Source: an uncultured Actinomycetota bacterium
GTDB taxonomy: Bacteria; Actinomycetota; Actinomycetes; JAFAQI01
Length of the DNA: 64,000 bases
Direction: 5' to 3'
Assembly: GCA_963770565.1 (NCBI GenBank)
Contig: CAVYQE010000001.1
Coordinates: 928,001 to 992,000, forward strand
Position 1 is the first letter of the stretch. Every line of letters starts with the position of its first letter. Both the position numbers and the translations under genes were made by a program. Positions 41,113-48,956 of the stretch are shown piece after piece. The notes below the pieces were generated by a model. That model was not told the origin of the DNA. It did not search any database and worked only from the letters and a program-made list of their open reading frames with translations.

Positions 41113-41736
41113 ATGTCAGACCTTCGGAATGGGTCAGCGATTGAAACGGGCGATGCTCAGGAGCAATTGCGGGAAGCGTTGTCGGAGTTGGAAGCACTTT
41201 GGCGGGAGTACGACTTCTATATCCGCGAGATCGCCGCTCCAGGCTTGAGCGAGGATCACGTCAAGGCGGAGCTTGCCGCCGTCGGCCTTGAGCCGCTTCC
41301 GGAACTGCTCGTCTGGTGGGGATGGCACAACGGGGTCGTCGACGAGGCTCCCCGATCGACTGCCTACACCCAGTTCGGCATCCCGAATTGGTCTCAAATC
41401 TCTCTGCAGCATTCGGTCCAGATTGCCGTGGAGGAGCGGCGGACCGCGGCCGACCTCGCGGCGGAAGGCCGTTCGGTGGTCGCGGAGCTCTTGTGGCATG
41501 ACGATTGGGTGCCTGTGCTGCACGGCGGAGGACCCGAGTTGATGGTTGTTCGAGGCGCCGAGCCCCACCGCGGGACTCTCGCGGTAAGCGACCCCGAGAT
41601 GTTGGGCTCTTCGGCGGATCGGATCGATGCCTCGTCGCTCGCTGACTTGATCTCGACGTCTATCCATGACATCCGCGAAGGAAACGTCCCGGCGGAGGTC
41701 GTCCGAATGTGGCAGAACCGGCCCGGCCAACGCTGA
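41113..41736 (+). CDS. SMI1/KNR4 (SUKH)-like immunity protein
   Basis: APGLSEDHV...LPELLVWWGWHNG, WHDDWVPV, ASSLADLI. Confidence 0.6.
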   Translation: MSDLRNGSAIETGDAQEQLREALSELEALWREYDFYIREIAAPGLSEDHVKAELAAVGLEPLPELLVWWGWHNGVVDEAPRSTAYTQFGIPNWSQISLQHSVQIAVEERRTAADLAAEGRSVVAELLWHDDWVPVLHGGGPELMVVRGAEPHRGTLAVSDPEMLGSSADRIDASSLADLISTSIHDIREGNVPAEVVRMWQNRPGQR

Positions 41737-41823
41737 GCTCGAAGCGGACCTAGGTGCCACTCTGCGCACCTCGGCGGTCGTGCGCACACAACCTAACCGA
41801 CAGGCTGGCGCGTAAAAATAACT

Positions 41824-42354
41824 ATGGTGATGTCGAAGTCTGACGAGGCGGATTTCCGTGCCTACGTCGCTTCGCGCCAGCTCGCGCTACGTCGATCTGC
41901 CTTTTTGATGTGTGGCGACTGGAACGCTGCGGACGACCTTGTACAGGTCGCGCTCACCAAGCTGTTCCTGGCTTGGCATCGTGTCGATGCTGAGCAAGGG
42001 CCCGACGCTTACGCACGCCGAATCCTGGCCAACACCGTGATTGACGACCGCCGCCGCGCGTGGAGGCGAGAGTCTGCCGTTGAGTACACCGAGGACGTTC
42101 CGCATCCCTACGACGCTCACGCACAAACCGATGAACGACTCGATCTCGCCGCAGCACTCGCACGCCTGCCGACGCGCCAGCGCGTGACATTGGTTCTCCG
42201 CTTCTGGATGGACACCTCGGTCGCACAAACCGCCGAGATTCTCCAATGCTCGACCGGAACGGTAAAGAGCCAGACTGCCAGCGCACTCAACAACCTCCGC
42301 TCTCTGTTCGACCCCTCCGACCTTCCCGCCACGATCCACCAGGAGCCAACATGA
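41824..42354 (+). CDS. ECF sigma factor (actinobacterial SigE-like family)
   Basis: AFLMCGDW..ADDLVQ, YARRIL, LPTRQRVTLVLRF, GTVKSQ. Confidence 0.9.
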   Translation: MVMSKSDEADFRAYVASRQLALRRSAFLMCGDWNAADDLVQVALTKLFLAWHRVDAEQGPDAYARRILANTVIDDRRRAWRRESAVEYTEDVPHPYDAHAQTDERLDLAAALARLPTRQRVTLVLRFWMDTSVAQTAEILQCSTGTVKSQTASALNNLRSLFDPSDLPATIHQEPT

Positions 42355-42989
42355 CCGATCTCCGAGAATCCATGAGCCGCCTGCTCGAGGACGAGCCAGC
42401 CGCTCCGATGATCGCCGACCAGATCGTCGCCGACGCACGCAAGACACAGCGGCGTCGTCGTTATGTGACCGGTGCCGCATTCGCGGGAACCGTCGCCGTG
42501 GCGGTCGCGGGTGTAGCGGTGGCAGCGTCGAGCACTGGCACCAATCACGACGGCGCGCAAATCGTCATTGCAAGCAGCTCTAGCCCCAGCGCCAGTCCGG
42601 GCAACGACACGACCCCGATGGCCATCTCGATCATCGGCACGAACTCGGGCAACGTTCGGACAGAGGTCCCGCAATGCCCAAGCGGCCAGTTGCCGAACCT
42701 CAAGGTTGATCACGATCAATCGGTAAACCCGAATGCGGCCGTGCATGCTCTTTCCCCCGGCGCTCTCAAGGTCATCGACTACGGTGAACCCTCCAACGAC
42801 TACCAGCCAGCCGATCATTTCTTGGTCGATGGCGCCGCCCCGCCGACCGCTTCGGTGTGGGTCCTTGCATGGAACGCGGCGGGGCCAGCGCAGTTGTCGG
42901 TCCTCTCGACCAACGCGGGTGCCGGCGATCCATTCGGCACGAGCGGCTACAACGCCAGCTACGTCGGCTGCCTGCCAGATCCCAACTAG
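42351..42989 (+). CDS. Single-TM putative anti-sigma factor
   Basis: ATGA overlap with the sigma gene; acidic N-terminus, RRRR then TM helix, extracellular domain. Confidence 0.7.
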   Translation: MTDLRESMSRLLEDEPAAPMIADQIVADARKTQRRRRYVTGAAFAGTVAVAVAGVAVAASSTGTNHDGAQIVIASSSSPSASPGNDTTPMAISIIGTNSGNVRTEVPQCPSGQLPNLKVDHDQSVNPNAAVHALSPGALKVIDYGEPSNDYQPADHFLVDGAAPPTASVWVLAWNAAGPAQLSVLSTNAGAGDPFGTSGYNASYVGCLPDPN

Positions 42990-43162
42990 CGGTCCTGACA
43001 TGCCGGCGATCCCTCAGGACAAAGCTTTAACCGTCCATGAGTCGGATCACCGGCTTAAGTGACGCTCCTGCGCACTCGACAAGCCGCTATGACCTCACTC
43101 AGCACACGGTCGACCAGCGGCACCTTGCGGTTGCGCAGCAGGCATGCGGGTATGCATACAGC

Positions 43163-43441
43163 GTGAGCGCTGGCAGACCTCCGCATGAGGACCGAGGCAT
43201 CAACTTTGGCGATCCGCCCGCGTCTCCAAGAGTACGAAGGTCCATAGCAATCTTCTTCATCGTTCTCGGGGTTATCGAGATCGCGGTCCCCGTGGCGATA
43301 GGAGTGGACAGGGCGACGTTCAAGGATGCGGCCATCACTCTTATCGCCGAAGGTGGCGTTGACTTCGCCCTTGCTTTGCTGACTCTTGTGGCCTACGGAC
43401 TGTGGATTGGGCTCAGGCGCAATCGACGAACCAGCTCCTGA
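43163..43441 (+). CDS. Small two-TM membrane protein
   Basis: Two hydrophobic helices; GGGTAT box 9 bp before GTG. Confidence 0.5.
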   Translation: MSAGRPPHEDRGINFGDPPASPRVRRSIAIFFIVLGVIEIAVPVAIGVDRATFKDAAITLIAEGGVDFALALLTLVAYGLWIGLRRNRRTSS

Positions 43442-43463
43442 CGATTCGCGTGTAAGTGCCGTA

Positions 43464-45030
43464 CTATGCTGACGTCGCCTGTCAAGGGTTTGTGTTCTTT
43501 TCGTTCTTGTTCTTCGGTCGTCTCGCGCGATTCCTTCTGGCGGGCGGAAACGGGGTCAAGGTGGAGCGCTCTACTGGACGAACGACTTGACGCCGGCGCC
43601 GCTCACCAGATTCTTGTGCGCTGAGAAGAACGCCAGGTGTTTGTTCGTTAGCGCATGGCGTGTCCTCACCGGTCGTGGGTCTGATTGTGTCGACGGTTGA
43701 CGGTGAGAGCGCGCGGGCGCCAGGCTTACCTTGGCGCGCGGGCGCGTGCTGCGCCGGTCACAAGAGGAGTGATGGGGTGCCCGCGACGGGCATGAGGGTG
43801 CGACCGTTCAATCTAGTACGGGTCGTCCAGCGGGGCTGGCGAACAACGGCATATTGGGAGCTGGTCGCACCGGTCCCTAAGGTCTCGGTGGTGGGCTGGT
43901 AGGCGGACACGGTCACCGTCCCTCGTCGTTGGTTTGCTAGGTGGGAATCTAGATCCAGGCCTGGTCGCCGAGCGCACGTAGCTGGTGGTGACAGCGGCGT
44001 GCGAGTTTACGGGCGACGACAGCGCGCTCGACGCCACCGATGCGATGAGCTAATCGCAGGTAGTAGCCGTTGTCCGGGCTGGTCTTCTTGTGGGCATGCA
44101 GCGCCTCATAAAGCGCCAGCGCAGCACTGGTGGTCCTTGGCGGGTGAGCTCGGGCGGCCACGGTTCTTGCCGTCGGAGTCATAGACGGAGATGTCCAGTA
44201 CGGCGTGACGCACCGCTTGTCTAGACGCGGAGAACGGCGAGTGTCGCTGAGTTCTTCCCAGACCATCGTGGCGAGCAGCGCACCCAACGCGTACTCATGA
44301 GACAGCTCCCGCGGTCCAGGATGACGGCGACCAAACGCGGTGAGCTCCGCGCGCAGCGGCACCAGATCGGCGTCGATCGCCGCGATCATCCGCACCGCGA
44401 CGTCGACAGCCTGCGCGCCGACCGGGGACAGGTCCGGATCGTCAAGCTCGATCTGCACCGGTCTTCTCGCAACAGCTTGCCGTCAGGCTTGGGCACGCCC
44501 TGATGAAAGAAAGTGGCGTGGATCCGTTTCTGCCATGCCTGCTTGCCTGGACCAAATCCAGATACAGCCGCTTCTCCCGGATCTCCAGGACCTGCCGCGA
44601 CGGGATCCACGAGCGGGATTCACCCTTCTCCATAGCTCGAAGCTTGCGTGCATCGATCCGGTCGGTCTTCGCCCGCTGCTTACGGCTTCGTGCACCGGCC
44701 GCCTCGGCCGGATCAGCGACATGCACCTCGGCGCAGCGGCGAGACATTCCTCAGCGATGAACCGCGAACGGCGCAACCCTCCACCACCAGCTCGACCTTC
44801 TTCTCATCGAACTGAGCGAGCCACTTACGGAAACCGACCGGTCCGCCGGGCTGATCCGACCCCGCCCAGACTCCCCGTTATCGCAGTCCACCCAATCGAG
44901 GTGACGGTAGCCGATGAATGTCCAACGCTCCTACGATCGCCATACCTGGACCTCCTCCAGCTCCTGTTAGAGAACTGCACCTAGCGCAGATCCTTCTCTG
45001 TGCGGAGGGGGTCCGGCATATGTCATCTAT
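43464..45030 (-). mobile_element. Degenerate IS110-family element (IS1111-like layout, long 3' non-coding end)
   Basis: CTAT at both ends; outward TTGACA at 43480-43485; about 480-bp structured non-coding end. Confidence 0.7.
43949..44943 (-). pseudogene. IS110 transposase pseudogene
   Basis: GGAGG RBS, MAIVGALDIH start, VHVADPAE...RAKTDRIDARKL, ALYEA, ARKLARRCHH; many frameshifts. Confidence 0.85.
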
Positions 45031-45054
45031 TTTTCTTTTGCGACAAGGACATTG

Positions 45055-46482
45055 ACCGAGCAGAACGAAGCCTCTTTGTTGTCAAGACGGTCGTGCAGCC
45101 GGCTGTGGGCATGGCGGTTTGACCCCTTGGCTGATCGCGGTCGAGGGGTTAGTTTCGGTGGGTCCGGGAGTGACTTTTCCGAACAGCCGGCTATCAGGGT
45201 GTGAGGCCGGCGACGCTGGCTAAGAGACGTCCCTGGTTGTCCTCCCGGACCCTTCTATGCGCGCTGGTCGGCGCGGAGCTTTTTGTAGACCGCGTCGCTG
45301 ATCTGTCGTTTCAACGCCCGTCGGGCTTCTTTGGGGCTCTTGCCTTCTTCGAGTTTGCGGTCGTAGTAGACCCGGCCTGGGGTGTCTCGTCGGATCTGGG
45401 TGACGGCGGCCATAGTGCAGGGCGTGGTTGAGCTGACGGTTCCCGCGGGTGTTGAGCCGGTGGCGGACCTTCGGTCCGGATGACGCCTCGATCGGCGCGG
45501 TGCCGTTGTAGCTCGCGTAGTGCCCGGCACTCGGGAACCGGGTGATGTCCCCGGAGTGCCCGATCAGCAGCGCGGCGACGATCGGACCAACCCCATAGAC
45601 GTCGGTGACCGACGTGCCGGAGGCGGTGACCGCGGTCGCGGTGCCTGGCTTTGACCTCGGCGATCGCCCGGTCGAGTCGGCGGACGTCGGCGACGAGGTC
45701 CGCGGCGAGCGCTTTGCGTTGCGTCTCGACCGCGGTGACCGGATGCACCCGGCGCAGGAACTCACTCGCCGCGTTGGCAGATAAGCGTTTCTGCACTCCA
45801 CCGGGAACCAACGCCGCGAGCAACGCATGCAGCCGACCGACCGCTTGAGTCCGTAAGGCGGTCAAGTCCTGGTGACGGTCAGCGAGCAACCGCAACACCA
45901 TCACGTGGTTCTCAGCGGTCACCGTCCGCAAGTGCGGATCACGCAGCGCCGCGATCGCCGTCGACAACGCGTCGTTCGGATCGTTCTTCGACCCGCGACC
46001 CGAACCCAGCAGCCGCACCCGCGCCGCTAACACCGGTGGCACGTCCACCACATCCTCACCGGCCGCCACCAGCTGCTGAGCAAGCAGGAACCCCAACCCG
46101 CCAGCAGACTCAATCGCCCAGGTCCGGAACTCATACGGCTGCGCGAACGCGAGCAACCGCTGCAACTGGCGACGATCCGCCCGAACCTTCAGCCGCGCCA
46201 ACTCCTTCTCATCACCATCGACCACCACCGCGGTATGCGAACTCTTATGCGGGTCGATACCGATCAACACCATGACCCCTCCTCGGGACATCGGGAACGG
46301 TCGCGCGGGCACTCCTGATATGACCGGTGCTCGCCTCTTTCGAGCCACGCCACGACCTAGGAAGCCCGGTGAGCCAGCGCTTCGTTCGAAAGCCAACCGG
46401 CACCGGTGACAGGCACTTCGTGAGCCAGCCCACCAGGCAACCCGGACGCTACGAGCACACGCTCAGCGTCCACAACCGAGCA
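45055..46482 (-). mobile_element. IS110-family element
   Basis: Transposase flanked by about 200-bp structured ends; outward TTGACA at 45080-45085; ACCGAGCA at 45055-45062 and 46475-46482; exact boundaries uncertain. Confidence 0.75.
45255..46273 (-). CDS. IS110 DEDD recombinase (frameshifts near 45640 and 45412)
   Basis: IGIDPHK, WAIESAGGLG, KNDPNDA, GTAPIEASSG, RGNRQLNHALH, ALKRQISD. Confidence 0.9.
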
Positions 46483-46596
46483 TCTATCAGGCACCTCGGT
46501 ATAGCTCAGGATTCAAGGTGCTCCTGGCGCGGGACGACCACTAGATGGAGCCGTCAAGGGACAGCAGGGCCATATCGTTGAAGGCAGGTACTGGAC

Positions 46597-47296
46597 GTGA
46601 AAGCCGTGGTTCTAGCCCTGCTTGTCGTCGGTTGGGCCGCCACACTCGCCGGTCAGGCGTGGCTGATCAACGGGCCAGTGGGTCAGCGAGGACGTGCGAA
46701 GCGACGACAACGAGCGACTGGTATTACTCAGCCGCCCGCCCGGGACACCGGCGGGTTCGGAGTGCCTGCAGATCCCGTCACCGCGCCTGTCCGGTGGGCT
46801 GAACGGCACCCGCTGTCGAGTGCGCTAAGCGTGGCCGTCGGTGCCGCCGTCGGAGCCGGGTTGGTGATGCTCGGCTTTTCCGCGTTGGGATGGAGCGTCC
46901 ATCCCGGTGCGACGCTCGGGCTTGTGGCGATCGTGGTCGTGGCGTGCCTGTCTCTGACGGCTTGGCGTGCGGACAATCGGCACCCGTCGACTGCCCGGAT
47001 ACTCGCCACGTATGCGATTGCCGGGGTGTGTGTTCTCTTTCCCCTCGTTCAGCTCGTCGACGCGCAGGCCACAGGGCACAGCCAAGGAGCAGGAGCATCG
47101 GGACCGCATATCGACGTTGCCAGCCCGGCGTACCAGGCCGGTTATCAGCGGACTACGCGACACCAGCAAGGCCGGCAGCAACCTCCAATCGTGCGTTGAC
47201 GGGTGGCTACTCGTCCCAAAGCCCGTAGAACCCGCCTGGGGAACCTCAACGGAATATTTCGCTGGCTGCCGTGCAGCGACTGCAGCCGCCCAGTAA
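46597..47296 (+). CDS. Membrane protein (probable frameshift near 47150)
   Basis: Four TM segments; the YQAGYQ region continues plausibly in the frame ending EYFAGCRAATAAAQ. Confidence 0.5.
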
Positions 47297-47462
47297 CCGA
47301 TCCTCAACCCAGAGGGATCGGACAGAACGCCGGCTCGGTCCGATCGAGTGCGGCCTCGGTATCGAACAGAACAGTCTGCTATCCGTCGCGTCCGTCGAGG
47401 ACCTTGGTCGATCCCACTGGCCGTCGCGACATCACTTGGAGTACGACCCGCGGCGATAAGAA

Positions 47463-47487
47463 AAAGCCCGGAAAAGCCCGAAGATCA
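47463..47487. repeat. Putative integrase arm-binding site
   Basis: Identical to 33141-33165. Confidence 0.7.
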
Positions 47488-47633
47488 ACAATTCTGGTCG
47501 GTAAACGGCGGCTGACGGTGGTCAACACCGGCACCCAGCAGGAAAAGCGTTTTCGCAGGTCAGCACGCATAAAGTGGTCGTCGAACAAGCTCTGCCGCAG
47601 GTCAGAGCCGAGAGGCGATTTTGGCTTTCGGCA

Positions 47634-47670
47634 GGTTCGATTCCCGGCACCTCCACCGATTCGACGGTCG
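47634..47670 (+). repeat. att core repeat (displaced ssrA 3' end)
   Basis: 37-bp identity with 33040-33076. Confidence 0.95.
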
Positions 47671-47676
47671 CACCAA

Positions 47677-47753
47677 GCAATGTGACATCGCCCCCACAGA
47701 GTGCTGGGGGAAGTCACATTGCCCCCACGAAGTGCGGGGCAATGTGACATTGC
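47677..47753. repeat. REP-like cluster of three palindromic units
   Basis: GCAATGTGACATCGC, GAAGTCACATTGC and GCAATGTGACATTGC separated by CCCCAC..AGTGC.GGG spacers. Confidence 0.65.
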
Positions 47754-47763
47754 TTTGTACGGG

Positions 47764-48642
47764 CTAGTGGGCGGTTGCGGGCAAGAGGTAGGTCGCACTG
47801 GGCCGGTGGCCGACAACGACCACGGGGACCCGGGCCTGCGCGGCGAGGGAGTGCACGAAGGTTCGCTCGGAGCGATCGTTGCGCCCCGAGTTGCCGATCA
47901 CGAGGAGCGCCCGTTGCTGCTCGGCAATCTCGATCAGCCCCTCGACGGTGCGGTGAGACTGATCGATGCTGCGCGCGGCGTCCTCGGCGGGCAGCACCCG
48001 CCGCAACCAACCGGCAAATGACGGGCCGAAGAACGTTCCTGAACGCGCACCTGCCAGGCCAGCGCCCATCGGTACGACGATCAGTTCCACCTGGCGGCGC
48101 CGCGCCTGCGCCGCGGCCCAGTGCAAGGCCGTCGCGGATGCCTCCGACTGCGCGACGCCGCACACGATGGCGGCTGGCGGGGAGTCGGTCGTGCCCTCCG
48201 GCACGACCAGCACCGGGCAGTGCCCGCGGTCGACCACGATTCGCGAGGTTGCGTCGATGGTGACGACCCTCGGTGAGTTGGACCGGGCGATTCCCACCAC
48301 AACCAGCGAGGCGTCGAGCGAGCAGCAGAGCAGCTCGACCGCGAGCGGCTGGGACGCGATGCGTACGTCGATGACCTTCAGGCCGGAGCGGGCATGGCTG
48401 GCCTGGACCATCAGCTGGGCGATTGCCGCGAGTCGCTCCTTGAGGGTCAAGCCATCGGCTTGCCTGCCTTGTGCAGCCCGCTGGTCGGGCGGCACCCGAA
48501 CGATCGTCAAGCGAGTGCCGCGAATCCGTGCCTCGCGCGCCGCGACCCGGAGCGCTGCATTGCCGGCATCGGTCGGCGTGTAGCCGACCACGACCGGCCG
48601 GCCGTCGGTCGTCTCGTCGCGCCAGCAATCGTCATCGTTCAT
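47764..48642 (-). CDS. Universal stress protein (tandem USP domains)
   Basis: PVVVGY...ALRVAAREA, HCPVLVVP, IVCGV...ALHWAA, VPVVVV. Confidence 0.85.
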   Translation of the reverse strand: MNDDDCWRDETTDGRPVVVGYTPTDAGNAALRVAAREARIRGTRLTIVRVPPDQRAAQGRQADGLTLKERLAAIAQLMVQASHARSGLKVIDVRIASQPLAVELLCCSLDASLVVVGIARSNSPRVVTIDATSRIVVDRGHCPVLVVPEGTTDSPPAAIVCGVAQSEASATALHWAAAQARRRQVELIVVPMGAGLAGARSGTFFGPSFAGWLRRVLPAEDAARSIDQSHRTVEGLIEIAEQQRALLVIGNSGRNDRSERTFVHSLAAQARVPVVVVGHRPSATYLLPATAH

Positions 48643-48956
48643 GGGCTCTCCGATTGATCGGGCTAGGCACCACTGTGGCGGAGGCCGGTGACTGATCGGA
48701 AGTGCCGAAGGGTGAGTTGTCAGGGGGCAAATGGCGTCGGTCGCTTGGTGGACAGCACGCGGTCGCCGGTGTTGACAACGTGCTCCACTGAGTAGACGGA
48801 GCCCGGTCAATCTCGTGATGCGTCACAACGAGGTGACCACTCATCGGCACGGCGCGCGGATCCGTACGGGTGAGCACCGAGATCGGGTGAGCTGTGACGC
48901 CCGTCCCTGATGAGGCCTATGAGCGATGTTTGCGTCGGCGGACCTTGGGAATCGCC

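Larger units (their letters stand above)
33040..47670. mobile_element. Integrative mobilizable element (about 14.6 kb) integrated in the ssrA 3' end
   Basis: Identical 37-bp repeats at both ends; encodes integrase, Xis, repressor and MobF relaxase; no T4SS genes. Confidence 0.92.

Noticed and set aside
45191-45198. CCTGATAG in the IS110 3' region matching the left flank (46484-46491) as a target guide
   Set aside because: It lies in the apical hairpin loop rather than the internal loop where guides are expected; it may be chance, though worth including in a covariation test
47634-47657. Separate tRNA gene
   Set aside because: Only a T-loop and acceptor 3' half; it is the duplicated ssrA end
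33040-47670. Prophage or full ICE
   Set aside because: No capsid, terminase, tail, T4SS or TraB genes
47677-47753. Mini CRISPR array
   Set aside because: Units are 13-15 bp and alternate in orientation, spacers resemble each other, and there are no cas genes
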